Positions 1 to 11,748 of a stretch of 64,000 bases of DNA are shown here, in pieces. The stretch's first letter is position 1. Each line of letters begins with the position of its first letter. Made by a program: the position numbers and the translations under genes. The DNA comes from Anaeromyxobacteraceae bacterium (GTDB lineage: Bacteria > Myxococcota > Myxococcia > Myxococcales > Anaeromyxobacteraceae): the NCBI GenBank assembly GCA_032654565.1, contig JAULAX010000015.1:224001-288000 (forward strand). Reading direction: 5' to 3'. The notes beneath the pieces are model-generated. The model had not been told where the DNA came from and did not search any database. It saw only the letters and a list, made by a program, of their open reading frames with translations.

Positions 1-645
<645 letters not shown>

Positions 646-649
<4 letters not shown>

Positions 650-2142
650 GGCATGGGCCCCGCCAGGTCGAGGAAGAAGGGCTGCGGCCTGACGTGGTCC
701 AGGCAGGCGACGTCGAGGCCATCGATCGTGCCGGCGGCGATGAAGCGCTCGATCACCTTCGGCATGCAGCCGCGCGAGAGGTTGCCGTGCCCCTGTCCCG
801 CCAGCGTCAGCTGTCGGCTGTGGGGCAGCCCCGCGGCGGCGACGGCGGCCCACTGCGGCGGCGTGACCGGGTCGGCCTCGCCTGAGAGCAGCAGCGTCGG
901 CGCCGGGGAGCGGACCGGCTCCCGGAACGACGCCGGCACGGTGCCGTGGGGGAAGCGCCGGCAGGCGGCGCTGAAGGAGGCGCGGACCGAGCGCCCCAGG
1001 TAGAGGGCGCGCTCGGCGGCCGGGTCGCCGAGCGGGAACCAGGGGACGTCCTCGGGGCAGAGCACGGCGAACTGGAGCGGGCGGGAGATGGTGGCCTGGA
1101 TGTCGCGGCCGGCCGAGAGCCCCAGCGCCGCCAGCGGGCCGGGGTCGCCGCGCCGCGCCTCGGCCAGCAGCGCCGGCAGCAGCGAGACCGTCTCCGGCGC
1201 GTAGGAGAGCAGGAAGACCAGCCGGCGCACCGTGGCGGCGTCGAGCGCCACCTGGCGCGGGGCCCCGGTGAGCGGGTCGCGCAGCGAGAGGGTGCGTGGC
1301 TGCCGCTCCAGCGAGGCCACCAGCGCGGCCAGATCGCCGGCCGGGTCGGGGAAGGCCTTCCGGCAGGCGGCGTCGGCGCGGCAGCGGTCCGCCGCCAGGG
1401 TGAAGGCCCGCTGGGCGTCGCGCTCGAACCAGCCGCCGATGGCCATCTCCATGGGGGCGACGCCGTCGAGCACCATCGAGCGGACCCGGTCGGGGAAGCG
1501 GCGGGCGTAGACCAGCGCCATGCGCGTGCCGTAGGAGGCGCCCACCAGGTTGACCCGCGGGGCGCCCAGCGCCGCCCGCACCAGGTCGAGGTCGCGGGCG
1601 AAGTCCTCCGAGCCGTAGCGGCGCAGGTCGGCCTTCCTCGCGAGCGCCTCGCCGCAGGCGGCCACCAGCTTCAGCTCGGCCTCCTCGCCCCGGTCGACGG
1701 CGTCCGGCTCGGAGAGGTCGGTGCAGTCGAGCCGGGCCGAGCCGCCGGTGCCGCGCTGGTCCACCAGCACGATGTCGCGGTGGCGCGCCACCCGGGCCAG
1801 GGCGTCGGCGATGGCCGGGAAGATCTCGGTGGCCGCCTGGCCCGGACCGCCGGCGAGGAAGAAGACCGGGTCGGGCTGCCGGCCGGCGGCGGCGGCCTCG
1901 AGCACCGCCACCCGCAGCGCGAGGGTGCGGCCGCCGGGCTGGTCGTGGTCCTCGGGGACCTGCAGCGTGCCGCAGCGGGCCGGGATGCGGGTGGAAAGGA
2001 ACGGGTGGGCCAGCTGGCAGGGGGCCAGGGCCAGCGTCCGCGGTCCGGGCGGCGGCGGGGCCTCGCGGCGAAGCTTCACCACCAGCAGCCCGCCCACCAG
2101 GACGGCGGCGGCGATGGCGACGAGCCGGAGGCGCTGGCGCAT
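646..2142 (-). CDS. Alpha/beta hydrolase, TAP-like peptidase with N-terminal membrane anchor
   Basis: GGPG oxyanion motif, DQRGTG, nucleophile GASYG, D-PVTP and GHG catalytic motifs. Confidence 0.85.
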
Positions 2143-2186
2143 CCCACCCTTCTAGCGCGGCGGGGCCGCCGCGGCGAGGCGCGTGG

Positions 2187-3092
2187 TCACGACGGGTACG
2201 GACCGGGCTGCTCCTCGGCGGAGGCCTGGCGCCGGGCCTGCCAGGCGCCGCCCACCTCGCCGGCCACCACGCCGAGCACGATCAGGCCGCCCCCGGTCCA
2301 GCCCAGCAGGCCGAGCTGCTCGCCGATGATCAGCCAGCTGAATGAGGCCGCCGAGACCGGCTCCAGCGCGTAGATCAGGGCGGCGCGGACGGCGGTGGTG
2401 TGGCGCTGCGCCCAGTTCATGACGAAGAAGGCGCCGGCGGTCATCACCAGGCCGGTGAAGGCCACGGTGCCGGCCAGCTCCGCCCCGCGGGCGGCGTCGA
2501 GCCGGATCCCCTCGAAGGGGATCATCAGCAGCGCCCCCACCAGCACCACCGAGACCTGCAGCAGCGTGAAGGGGATGAGCGGGTGGCGCTTCGACCACTC
2601 GCTGGTGAAGGAGATCTGCAGGGCGTAGGCCAGGGCGCAGCCGCCGGTGAGCAGGTCGCCGAGCGCCTGGTCGGGGTGGGCGGCCTCGCCGAACGGGTTG
2701 GCCAGCAGCGCGGCCCCGGCCACCGCCAGCCCCACCCCCACCCAGGCGCTCCAGCCCACCGCCCGGCGCAGCGTGAAGTGGGCGATGAAGGGGACGACCA
2801 GCACCGAGAGCCCGGTGAAGAAGCCGGAGCGCGCCGGGGTGGTGAAGCGCAGCCCGGCGGTCTGCAGGGCGAAGCCGGCCAGCATGAAGAGGCCGAGCAG
2901 CAGGCCGTCGCGCCAGAAGCCGGGCCCGATCCGGTCGCGCCGCCAGAGCGCCACCACCCCCAGCGCCGCGGCGGCCAGCGCGAAGCGGAGCGCCAGGAAG
3001 ATCCCCGGGGAGGTGATCTCCATGGCCCCCTTCACCAGGGTGAAGGTGCTGCCCCAGAGCAGGGTGAGGAGGATGAGCGAGAGTTCCGGCAC
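2187..3092 (-). CDS. DMT/EamA family transporter
   Basis: About 10 hydrophobic helices; LWGSTF, LRF and LEPV motifs. Confidence 0.9.
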   Translation of the reverse strand: MPELSLILLTLLWGSTFTLVKGAMEITSPGIFLALRFALAAAALGVVALWRRDRIGPGFWRDGLLLGLFMLAGFALQTAGLRFTTPARSGFFTGLSVLVVPFIAHFTLRRAVGWSAWVGVGLAVAGAALLANPFGEAAHPDQALGDLLTGGCALAYALQISFTSEWSKRHPLIPFTLLQVSVVLVGALLMIPFEGIRLDAARGAELAGTVAFTGLVMTAGAFFVMNWAQRHTTAVRAALIYALEPVSAASFSWLIIGEQLGLLGWTGGGLIVLGVVAGEVGGAWQARRQASAEEQPGPYPS

Positions 3093-3223
3093 GGGGGGCC
3101 TTGTAGCCGAAGCCGGGGGGCCGGGCCAGCGCCGCAGGAGTGACCCGGGCCCGGCGAGGCCCCGGCGCGACCTGGGGGGCCGTCATGCCCCGGCGCGACC
3201 GTGGGAGCCGGAACGGCCCGGGG

Positions 3224-4249
3224 TCAGGCCGCCCGGTGGAACATCCAGGCGCCCTCTTCCTCGACGCGGACCACCGCCCCCCGGTCCTCGAGCACCTCGA
3301 GGTTGGCCACGGTCTCGCTCATGGTCAGGAAGGTGTCGGCGGGGCTGGCCCGGGGGAAGAGGACGCGGCAGAGCTCGTAGGCCGAGTGCGGTCGCTCGGC
3401 CAGCAGCCCGTGCAGCCGGGCCTGGCGCTTCTCGTAGAAGCCGAGCAGCCCGTCGATGAGCGCCCGGTGGCCGGTGAAGCCGGGTCCGTGGCCGGGCAGG
3501 ACCAGCCCGATCTCCATGGCCCGGGTCCGCACCACCGACTCGAGGTAGCTGGCCAGCGGCCGGTGGACCTGCCGCCCCTCGGCGTCCAGCTCGATGATGG
3601 GGTTGGGCGAGACCTTCTCCAGCAGGTGGTCGGCGGGGAGCAGCACGCCGTGCGACGGCGCCCAGAGGCAGATGAGCCCGGGGGTGTGGCCGGGCATCTC
3701 GATCACCTCGAAGCGCAGGGCCCGCCCCTCGACGACGGCGCCGGCCTCGATGGGCTGCACCCCGGGGATGCGGCGGGCCAGCCGGTAGGACCCCTCGCCC
3801 GACGCCGCCATGGCCACCATCACCTCCATGGGGACGCCCAGCTTGAAGAAGTGGGCCCCGTAGAGGTGGTGCTGGTCGCGCAGCCGCGGGCCGCGCTCGT
3901 CCATCTTGAGGACGTCGCGGGGGTGGGCGAAGACCGGCACCTCGCCGCCGTTCCGCTCCTGGATCCAGCGGGCGGCGCCGAAGTGGTCGACGTGGCCGTG
4001 GCTGACCACGATGCGGCGCACCTCCTCGAAGCGGAAGCCGAGCCGCTCGAAGCCGGCCTGCAGCGCCGCCTCGGCCGGCGGCGAGCCGAGCCCGGCGTCG
4101 AAGAGGACCAGGCCGCCCCCGTCCGCCTCGATGACGTAGAGGTTGACCGGGCCGCCGGCGGCCACGAAGGGGATGGGGAGCGGCAGCCGGTGGACCCCCA
4201 GCCCGGCCAGGTCCTGCTCGGTCAGCGGCGGCCGCCCCGCCTCCGTCAA
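3224..4249 (-). CDS. MBL-fold metallo-hydrolase with C-terminal winged helix
   Basis: SHGHVDHFG, PGHTPG, ADH and PGHG motifs. TTG start overlaps etfA stop (TTGA). Confidence 0.85.
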   Translation of the reverse strand: MTEAGRPPLTEQDLAGLGVHRLPLPIPFVAAGGPVNLYVIEADGGGLVLFDAGLGSPPAEAALQAGFERLGFRFEEVRRIVVSHGHVDHFGAARWIQERNGGEVPVFAHPRDVLKMDERGPRLRDQHHLYGAHFFKLGVPMEVMVAMAASGEGSYRLARRIPGVQPIEAGAVVEGRALRFEVIEMPGHTPGLICLWAPSHGVLLPADHLLEKVSPNPIIELDAEGRQVHRPLASYLESVVRTRAMEIGLVLPGHGPGFTGHRALIDGLLGFYEKRQARLHGLLAERPHSAYELCRVLFPRASPADTFLTMSETVANLEVLEDRGAVVRVEEEGAWMFHRAA

Positions 4250-5202
4250 TGCCCCGCCTTCACCTTGGCCAGCAGCTCGGGGAGCACCTTGAAGAGGTCG
4301 CCCACCAGGCCGTAGTCGGCGATCTGGAAGATGGGCGCCTCCGGGTCCTTGTTGATGGCCACGATCACCTTGGAGCCCTTCATGCCGGCCACGTGCTGGA
4401 TGGCGCCGGAGATGCCGGCCGCCACGTAGAGGTCGGGGGCCACCACCTTGCCGGTCTGCCCCACCTGCCAGTCGTTGGGGGCCCAGCCGGCGTCGACGGC
4501 GGCGCGGCTGGCGCCCAGGGCGCCGCCGAGGGCGTCGGCCAGCGCCTCGAGCGGCTTGAAGTCGCCCTTGGTGCCGCGGCCGCCGGCCACCACCACCCGG
4601 GCCTCGGTCAGCTCGGGCCGCTCGCTCTTGACCTCCTGGAAGGAGACGTAGCGGGTCTTGGGCGCCGGGACCTCGGCCGCCACCGCCTTGACCTCGCCGG
4701 CGGCGCCGGCGGTGGCCTGCGGGTACTCGGTGGGACGGATGGTGAACGCCTTGACGGCGGTGCCCAGCTCCACGTCGGCCAGCACGTTGCCGGCCCACAT
4801 GGGACGGCGGAAGAGCACCGCGGCCCCCTCGCCGGCGAAGGCGGTGACCTCGGTGGCCATGGCGGCGTCGAGCAGCGCCGCGGCGCGCGGGGTGAGGTCC
4901 TTGCCGTAGGCGGTGGCGGCGGCCCCCAGGTAGGTGGCGCCCAGGGACTTGGCCAGCGCCACCACCACCGGGGCGTGGGTCTCGGCCAGCGGGGCCGCCA
5001 GCCCTTCGGCGTCGGCGACGTGGACGGTGGCGCCGGTGGCGGCCAGCGACTTCCCGGCCTCGGCGATCCCCTTCCCCAGCAGGACCACGTGGAGGGCGCC
5101 GCCGCTGCGCTTCGCCAGCTGCTGGCCGGCGCCGATGGCGTGCAGGGAGGCCCGGCGGACCTGCCCCTTGAAGGCTTCTGCGATGATCAGGACGTTGGAC
5201 AT
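4246..5202 (-). CDS. etfA: Electron transfer flavoprotein alpha subunit
   Basis: [41 protein letters not shown]. Confidence 0.95.
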   Translation of the reverse strand: MSNVLIIAEAFKGQVRRASLHAIGAGQQLAKRSGGALHVVLLGKGIAEAGKSLAATGATVHVADAEGLAAPLAETHAPVVVALAKSLGATYLGAAATAYGKDLTPRAAALLDAAMATEVTAFAGEGAAVLFRRPMWAGNVLADVELGTAVKAFTIRPTEYPQATAGAAGEVKAVAAEVPAPKTRYVSFQEVKSERPELTEARVVVAGGRGTKGDFKPLEALADALGGALGASRAAVDAGWAPNDWQVGQTGKVVAPDLYVAAGISGAIQHVAGMKGSKVIVAINKDPEAPIFQIADYGLVGDLFKVLPELLAKVKAGH

Positions 5203-5216
5203 GGTGGCCTCGAAGG

Positions 5217-6020
5217 TCAGACGACCTTCGCCTCCTCGTGGAGCTTCTTCCAGAGCTCTTCGACGTCGGCCACCTTCAGGCCGCCCTTGCGCGCTGGCGG
5301 TTCGAGATACTTCTTCACCACCACCCGGGGCGTCAGGTCGGCCCCCAGCGTGGCGGCCTGCAGCTCCTTCAGCTCCTTCTTCTTGGCCTTCATGATGCCG
5401 GGCAGCGAGGCGAAGCGCGGCTTGTTGAGCCGCAGGTCGCAGGTCACCACCGCCGGCAGCGGCAGGTCGAGGGTCTCGACGCCGCCGTCGATCTCGCGGA
5501 CCACCTCCAGCCGCTTGCCGTCGGCGGCCAGCTTCAGGCCGGGGACCTTCTTCTGCTCGGCCTCGCTCTCCAGGCTCTCGGTCTTGGAGGCGAAGGTGCC
5601 CTGCGGCAGGCCGAGGCGCGCCGCCAGGTACTGGCCGGCCTGGTTCTGGTCGTCGTCGATCGACTGCTTGCCGAGCAGGATCAGGTCGGGCTTCTCCAGC
5701 TCCACCACCTTCACGAGGATGGCCGACACCACCACCGGGTCGAGCGGCCCGTCGTGGCGGACCAGCACGCCGCGGTCGGCCCCCATGGCGAGGGCGGCCC
5801 GGATCTCGGTGGCCGACTTCTCGCCGCCGATCGAGACCACCACCACCTCGCCGCCGTGGGCCTCCTTCAGGCGGAGCCCCTCCTCGACCGCGATCTCGTC
5901 GAACGGGTTCATCTTGTAGTTGACCCCGTCCGTGACGATCCCCGAACCATCCGGCTTGACACGGATTTTCGACTCGGGATCCTCGACGCGCTTCACCGTG
6001 ACGACAATCTTCAACGCCAT
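5217..6020 (-). CDS. etfB: Electron transfer flavoprotein beta subunit
   Basis: MNPFDEIAVEE, ALAMGAD, GKQSIDDD, LNKPRFASLPGIMKAKKK. Confidence 0.95.
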   Translation of the reverse strand: MALKIVVTVKRVEDPESKIRVKPDGSGIVTDGVNYKMNPFDEIAVEEGLRLKEAHGGEVVVVSIGGEKSATEIRAALAMGADRGVLVRHDGPLDPVVVSAILVKVVELEKPDLILLGKQSIDDDQNQAGQYLAARLGLPQGTFASKTESLESEAEQKKVPGLKLAADGKRLEVVREIDGGVETLDLPLPAVVTCDLRLNKPRFASLPGIMKAKKKELKELQAATLGADLTPRVVVKKYLEPPARKGGLKVADVEELWKKLHEEAKVV

Positions 6021-6172
6021 GAGTGGAGTCTCCTGATTCTAGAATCAGCCTTGGGAGTATGCCCAAATGGAGGGCTGCAAGCAACTGTAGACCAAGCACC
6101 CCGCGCGGATCCGTCACGCCCCGATTATCCCGGGTGTCGCCCTACCCGCCGCAGCGCCGCGATCCAGGTTCG

Positions 6173-7273
6173 CTACGGCTCGCCGGAGCGCCGGAGCTGC
6201 AGCTCGCGGTAGCGGAACGCGGTCTCCTCGCCGGAGAGCACCCGCAGCGCCCCCTCGGCCAGCGCCAGGAGCTCGTCCTCGCCGGGCCAGACCACCACCG
6301 GGGCCACGAAGGCGACGCGGGCCCGCACCGGCTCGACCACCTCGGCGAGGTGGGCCAGGCCGCCGGTGAGCAGCACGGCGTCGACCCGCCCCGCGAGCGC
6401 CGCCGCCAGCGCCCCGATCCCCTTCGCCACCTGGTAGGTCACCGCCTCCACCAGCAGCGCCGCCCGGCCGTCGCCGGCCCCGGCCCGGCGGAGCGCCTCG
6501 CGCACGTCGCGGGTGCCGAGGTGGGCGTAGAGCCCGCCGTCGCCGAAGAGGCGGCGCCTCAGCGCGGCCCGGGACGCGCCGGGGGCGAAGCAGAGCTCGA
6601 GGAGCGCCGTGGCCGGCACCGCGCCGGCCCGGTCGCCGCTCATGGGCCCCTCGTCCTGCGGGTTGATGACGTCGACCATCCGCCCGTCGCGCAGCGCCGC
6701 CAGGGAGATGCCGGTGCCGAGGTGGGCCACCACCAGGCGCAGGTCGGCGAGCGGCCGCGAGGCCGAGGCGGCGTGGCGGCGGGCCACGGCGCGGATGTTG
6801 AGGGCGTGCGAGAAGCTGCGCCGCTCCACGCCGAGCAGGCCGGTGATGCGGGCCACCGGCTCGAGCTGGTCCACCGCCACCGGGTCGACCACCAGGGCCA
6901 GCGCCCCGTGGGCCTCGGCCACCGCCCGGGCCAGCGGCGCGCCCAGGTTGGAGGCGTGCTCGCCCCGCTCGGCCCGCTCCAGCTCGGCCAGCATGGCGTC
7001 GTCCACCAGGAAGGCGCCGGCCGGCACCGGCGGCAGGAGGCCGCCCCGCCCCACCACCGCGGCCAGCGCCCCGCGGGCCACCCCGGCCTCGAGGAGGAAG
7101 GCCTGCACCGCCTCGAGCCGGGCCGGGAGCTCGTCCCAGGTCCGCGCCGCCGGCCGCTCCAGCAGCACCGGGTGCTCGAGCCGCGCCTCGCGCTCACAGG
7201 CCGGGCCGCGGTAGAGCGCCAGCTTGGTGGAGCCGGCGCCGGGGTTGATGGCCAGCAGCAGCGGCGCGGTCAC
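6173..7273 (-). CDS. buk: Butyrate kinase
   Basis: INPGAGSTK, GRGG, HASNLG, HALN, HLGTGIS, LTGGLA, PGEDE. Confidence 0.93.
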   Translation of the reverse strand: MTAPLLLAINPGAGSTKLALYRGPACEREARLEHPVLLERPAARTWDELPARLEAVQAFLLEAGVARGALAAVVGRGGLLPPVPAGAFLVDDAMLAELERAERGEHASNLGAPLARAVAEAHGALALVVDPVAVDQLEPVARITGLLGVERRSFSHALNIRAVARRHAASASRPLADLRLVVAHLGTGISLAALRDGRMVDVINPQDEGPMSGDRAGAVPATALLELCFAPGASRAALRRRLFGDGGLYAHLGTRDVREALRRAGAGDGRAALLVEAVTYQVAKGIGALAAALAGRVDAVLLTGGLAHLAEVVEPVRARVAFVAPVVVWPGEDELLALAEGALRVLSGEETAFRYRELQLRRSGEP

Positions 7274-8190
7274 GGGGCCTCGCCGGCCGCCAGCACGCCC
7301 AGGGCGATGGAGAGCAGCTTGTCCTCGGCCCGCTCGGCGCGGCTGGGGATGAGCACCGGCGCCAGCGCCCCCATGATGACGTGGGCCACGTGGGCGTGGG
7401 CCAGGTAGGTGAAGGCCTTGCCGAGGGCGTTGCCGGCCTCGATGGTGGGGGCCAGCAGCACGTCGGCCCGGCCCGCCACCGGGTGGGTGATCCCCTTCAG
7501 CTCGGCCGCCTCCGGCGAGAGGGCGTTGTCGAGCGCCAGCGGCGGCGAGACCTCGCAGCCGGCCAGCTCCCCGCGGGCGGCGAGCTCGGCCAGCGCCGCC
7601 GCCTCCACGGTGTGGGGCATGGCCGGGGTGACGGTCTCGGAGGCGCAGAGGCAGGCGACGCGCGGCCGGGCGTGGCCGAGCCGGTGGAAGAGGGCGACGG
7701 CGTTCTCGATGATGGCCCGCTTCTGCGCCAGCGTCGGGGCCACGTTGATGCCGCCGTCGGTGACCCCGAGCAGCCGCGGCTCGCGGGAGAGCGGGTGGTC
7801 GGCCACCAGCACGTCGGAGAGCAGCTGGCCGGTGCGCAGGCCGGTGGCCCGGTCCAGCACCGCCCGCAGCAGGTCGCCGGTGGAGAGCCGCCCCTTCATG
7901 AGGATGGCCGCCTCGCCGCCGCGGATCATGGCCACGGCGCGCCGGGCGGCGTCCTGGTCGTCGGCGGCGGGGCGCAGGTCGAAGTGGGCCGGGTCCTCGC
8001 CCATGGCCACCAGGGCGTCGCCGAGCGCGGCCCGGTGGCCCACCAGGCTGACCTCGGCCAGCCCCTGGCGGCGGGCCAGCACCACCGCCGCCAGCGCCGT
8101 CTCGCTCTCGGCGGCGGCCACCACCAGCCGGCGCGGGCCGCGGGCGCAGGCCTCGGCGAGCAGTCGATCGAGCGTGGTGATGGGCTTCAT
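7270..8190 (-). CDS. ptb: Phosphate butyryltransferase / phosphate acyltransferase
   Basis: LMKG, TDGGINVAP, PLALDNA, IEAGNALGK, PSRA; translationally coupled to buk. Confidence 0.9.
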   Translation of the reverse strand: MKPITTLDRLLAEACARGPRRLVVAAAESETALAAVVLARRQGLAEVSLVGHRAALGDALVAMGEDPAHFDLRPAADDQDAARRAVAMIRGGEAAILMKGRLSTGDLLRAVLDRATGLRTGQLLSDVLVADHPLSREPRLLGVTDGGINVAPTLAQKRAIIENAVALFHRLGHARPRVACLCASETVTPAMPHTVEAAALAELAARGELAGCEVSPPLALDNALSPEAAELKGITHPVAGRADVLLAPTIEAGNALGKAFTYLAHAHVAHVIMGALAPVLIPSRAERAEDKLLSIALGVLAAGEAP

Positions 8191-8319
8191 CGTCGCCTGT
8201 GTCTAAGATGATCGCCTTTGTCGGCAGGATGACGGCGGACGGCTCAGGTTCTACCCCGGACCGGCGCCGCCAGCCATGAACGAGGCGGCCCGCGGTGGGG
8301 CCCAGGGAGCGCCCGCGCG

Positions 8320-9939
8320 ATGGATCGACGTCTTCTCTCCGGTGACGAGGCGATCGCGGCCGCCGCCTTCGACTGCGGCGTCCACCTCGGCACCGGCTAC
8401 CCGGGCACCCCCTCCACCGAGATCCTCGAGGCCTTCGACGCCCTGGGCAGCCCGGCCCAGTGGGCCCCCAACGAGAAGGTGGCGCTGGAGGTGGGGCTGG
8501 GGGCGGCCTTCGGCGGGGCCCGGGCCCTGGTCACCATGAAGCACGTGGGGCTGAACGTGGCCGCCGACCCGCTCTTCACCGCCGCCTACACCGGCGTCAG
8601 CGGCGGGCTGGTGGTGGTGAGCGCCGACGACCCGGGGATGAGCTCGTCGCAGAACGAGCAGGACAGCCGGCGCTACGCGGTGGCCGCCGGGCTCCCCTGC
8701 CTCGAGCCCTCCGACTCGCAGGAGGCCTACGACCTGGCCCGCGCCGCCTTCGTCCTCTCCGAGCGCTGGCAGCTGCCGGTGCTGCTGCGGGTCACCACCC
8801 GGGTCTGCCACTCGAAGTCGATCGTCACCCGGGCCGCCCCCGAGGCGCCCCGGCCCCCGGCCTTCGTCCGCGACATCCCCGGCCGGGTGATGATCCCGGC
8901 CTACGCCCGCCCCGCCCACGCCCGGCTGCGCCGCAAGCTCGACAGCCTGCTGGCCTTCTCCGAGTCGTCGGCGCTCAACCTGGTCCACCCGGGGTCGAAG
9001 GCGCTGGGGATCATCGCCAACGGCATCTCGGCCCGCCACGCCCGCGAGGCCGCGCCAACGGCCTCGCTCTTCGAGCTCAAGCTGGTCCACCCGCTCCCGG
9101 TGGAGAAGCTGCGCGCCTTCGCGGCCGGGGTGGAGCGCTGCGTGGTGGTGGAGGAGGGCGACCCGGTCATCGCCGACGCCTGCCGCGCCGCCGGCATCGC
9201 CGTGGAGGACAAGCCGGCGCTGTTCCGGCAGGGGGAGCTGTCGGTGGACCGGGTGCGCCGGCTGCTCGGCCACGACACCTCGGCCGAGCCGGCCCCGCCG
9301 CGCGGCAAGCCCCCGCAGCTCTGCGAGGCCTGCCCCTACCACCCGGTCTACTCGGTGCTGAAGAAGCTCGACCTGATCGTGGCCGGCGACATCGGCTGCT
9401 ACTCGCTGGGCGTGCTGCCCCCCTACCAGGCCATCGACACGCTGGTGGCCATGGGGGCCTCGCTGGGGGTCGGCCTCGGGCTGCGCCACGTGCTGCCGTC
9501 GGCCGACGCCCGGCGGGTCATCTCGCTGATCGGCGACTCCACCTTCATCCACTCCGGCATCAACGGGCTGGTGGAGATGGTCTACAACCCGCCGCCCGAC
9601 GGCCACGTGCTGCTGGTGCTCGACAACGGCACCACCGCCATGACCGGCCAGCAGGAGCACCCCGGCACCGGCCGGCGGCTCGACCACGGCGCCACCGGGC
9701 AGGTCTCCATCGAGGGGGTGGCCCGGGCCCTGGGGGTGAAGAACGTCGACGTCATCGACCCGGTGGCCGACCCCGGCGGCTTCGAGGCGCTGCTGGTGGA
9801 CCGGCTGGGCAGGAAGGAGCTCTCGGTGATCGTCACCCGGCGGCCGTGCATCCTGGCCGCCGCCGACATCCGCGGCTGGGACAAGCAGAACGCCCTCAAG
9901 CTGGCGGCCGGCTGCTCCGGCTGCGCGGAGGGGGCGTGA
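8320..9939 (+). CDS. iorA: Indolepyruvate:ferredoxin oxidoreductase alpha subunit
   Basis: GYPGTPSTEI, NEKVALE, MKHVGLNVAAD, SSQNEQD, GDIGCY, GDSTF, TTAMTGQQ. Confidence 0.93.
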   Translation: MDRRLLSGDEAIAAAAFDCGVHLGTGYPGTPSTEILEAFDALGSPAQWAPNEKVALEVGLGAAFGGARALVTMKHVGLNVAADPLFTAAYTGVSGGLVVVSADDPGMSSSQNEQDSRRYAVAAGLPCLEPSDSQEAYDLARAAFVLSERWQLPVLLRVTTRVCHSKSIVTRAAPEAPRPPAFVRDIPGRVMIPAYARPAHARLRRKLDSLLAFSESSALNLVHPGSKALGIIANGISARHAREAAPTASLFELKLVHPLPVEKLRAFAAGVERCVVVEEGDPVIADACRAAGIAVEDKPALFRQGELSVDRVRRLLGHDTSAEPAPPRGKPPQLCEACPYHPVYSVLKKLDLIVAGDIGCYSLGVLPPYQAIDTLVAMGASLGVGLGLRHVLPSADARRVISLIGDSTFIHSGINGLVEMVYNPPPDGHVLLVLDNGTTAMTGQQEHPGTGRRLDHGATGQVSIEGVARALGVKNVDVIDPVADPGGFEALLVDRLGRKELSVIVTRRPCILAAADIRGWDKQNALKLAAGCSGCAEGA

Positions 9940-10409
9940 GCGTCACCAACGTGGTGGTGGCCGGGCTGGGCGGCCAGGGGGTGATCAAGGCCTCCGACAT
10001 CCTCGCCGACGTCGCCTTCCGCGCCGGGCTCGACGTCAAGAAGGCGGAGATCCACGGCATGAGCCAGCGCGGCGGCTCGGTGACCAGCGACGTCCGCTTC
10101 GGGCCGGTGGTCCACTCGCCCATGGTCTCGCGCGGCGAGGCCGACTTCCTGCTGGTGCTCTCCCCCTCCGAGGTGGAGGTGGCGCGCCCCATGCTGCGGC
10201 CGGGCGGCCTGCTGATCCCGCCCGACGCCGTCGACGAGGCCCGGCTCACCAACAAGCGGACCCTCAACGTGGCGCTGCTGGGGGTGCTGGCGGCGCGGCT
10301 CGACCTCGACCCGGCCCACTGGCTGGCCGCCCTGCACGCCGCCCTGCCCGAGCGGCTGCACCAGGTGAACGAGCGGGCCTTCCAACTCGGCCGGGAGAGC
10401 AGACCATGA
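9936..10409 (+). CDS. iorB: Indolepyruvate oxidoreductase beta subunit (short form)
   Basis: GLGGQG, EIHGMSQRGGSV; GTG overlaps iorA stop. Confidence 0.9.
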   Translation: MSVTNVVVAGLGGQGVIKASDILADVAFRAGLDVKKAEIHGMSQRGGSVTSDVRFGPVVHSPMVSRGEADFLLVLSPSEVEVARPMLRPGGLLIPPDAVDEARLTNKRTLNVALLGVLAARLDLDPAHWLAALHAALPERLHQVNERAFQLGRESRP

Positions 10410-11731
10410 CCACCCGCTTCGACGACGCCACCGGGGGCTTCCACCCCGCCAGCGCCCCCGACTTCCTGCCCCGCCCCCAGCTGGAGGCGCTGCAGCTGGG
10501 CCGGCTCCAGGGCGTGGTGCGCCGCGCCTACGAGGGGGTGCCGCTCTTCCGCCAGCGGATGGTGGAGCGCGGCCTCGGCCCCGACCACGTCCGCGCCCTC
10601 TCCGACCTGGCTCGCCTCCCCTTCACCGTGAAGGCCGACCTGCGCGACACCTACCCGTTCGGCCTCTTCGCCTCCCCCATGGAGGAGATCGTCCGGCTCC
10701 ACGCCTCCTCCGGGACCACCGGCAAGCCCATCGTGGTGGCCTACACCGCCGAGGACCTGCGGGTCTGGACCAGCGTCATGGTCCGCTCCTTCGCCGCCTG
10801 CGGCCTGCACGCCGGCGACGTGGTGCAGAACGCCTACGGCTACGGCCTCTTCACCGGCGGGCTGGGGGCCCACTACGGCGCCGAGGCGCTGGGGGCCACC
10901 GTCATCCCCATCTCCGGCGGCAACACCGAGCGGCAGCTGATGGTGCTGGAGGACTTCGGCGTCACCGCCATCTGCTGCACGCCGTCCTACATGGTCCACC
11001 TCATCGAGCGGGCCCGCGAGGCCAAGATCGGCTTCGGCAAGCTCAAGGTGGGGATCTTCGGCGCCGAGCCCTGGAGCGAGGAGATGCGCCGGCACATCAT
11101 GGCCGAGAGCGGCATCCGCGCCCACGACATCTACGGCCTCTCCGAGATCATCGGCCCCGGGGTGGGGGTGGAGTGCGCCCAGCTGGACGGGCTGCACCTC
11201 TTCGAGGACCACTTCTACCCGGAGATCGTCGACCCGGTGACCGGCGCGGTGCTGCCCGACGGGGCCGAGGGGGAGCTGGTGCTGACCACCCTCTCCAAGC
11301 AGGCCATGCCCATGATCCGCTACCGGACCCGCGACCTGACTGCCATCAGCATCGGGGCCTGCCGCTGCGGGCGGACCCTCCGGCGCATCCGCCGCATCGG
11401 CCGCCGCTCCGACGACATGTTCATCATCCGCGGCATCAACGTCTTCCCCTCGCAGGTGGAGGCGGCGCTGCTGGCGGTGGAGGGGACGCTGCCGCACTAC
11501 CAGATCGTGCTGACCCGCGAGAAGGGGCTGGACGAGATGGAGGTGCAGGTGGAGGTGACCGCCGCCTTCTTCTCCGACGAGGTCAAGGGGCTGGAGCGGC
11601 TGCAGGCCCAGCTGGCCGACGCCATCGAGCACACCGTCGGCCTGCGCGTGAAGCTGACCCTGGTCGCCCCGCGCACGCTGGCGCGGAGCGAGGGCAAGGC
11701 CAAGCGCATCGTCGACCAGCGCCGCATCTGA
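10406..11731 (+). CDS. paaK: Phenylacetate--CoA ligase
   Basis: HASSGTTGKP, YGYGLFTGGLG, DIYGLSE, RYRTRD, GRRSDDMFIIRGINVFPSQ. Confidence 0.95.
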   Translation: MTTRFDDATGGFHPASAPDFLPRPQLEALQLGRLQGVVRRAYEGVPLFRQRMVERGLGPDHVRALSDLARLPFTVKADLRDTYPFGLFASPMEEIVRLHASSGTTGKPIVVAYTAEDLRVWTSVMVRSFAACGLHAGDVVQNAYGYGLFTGGLGAHYGAEALGATVIPISGGNTERQLMVLEDFGVTAICCTPSYMVHLIERAREAKIGFGKLKVGIFGAEPWSEEMRRHIMAESGIRAHDIYGLSEIIGPGVGVECAQLDGLHLFEDHFYPEIVDPVTGAVLPDGAEGELVLTTLSKQAMPMIRYRTRDLTAISIGACRCGRTLRRIRRIGRRSDDMFIIRGINVFPSQVEAALLAVEGTLPHYQIVLTREKGLDEMEVQVEVTAAFFSDEVKGLERLQAQLADAIEHTVGLRVKLTLVAPRTLARSEGKAKRIVDQRRI

Positions 11732-11748
11732 CTTCACCGGGAGCCACC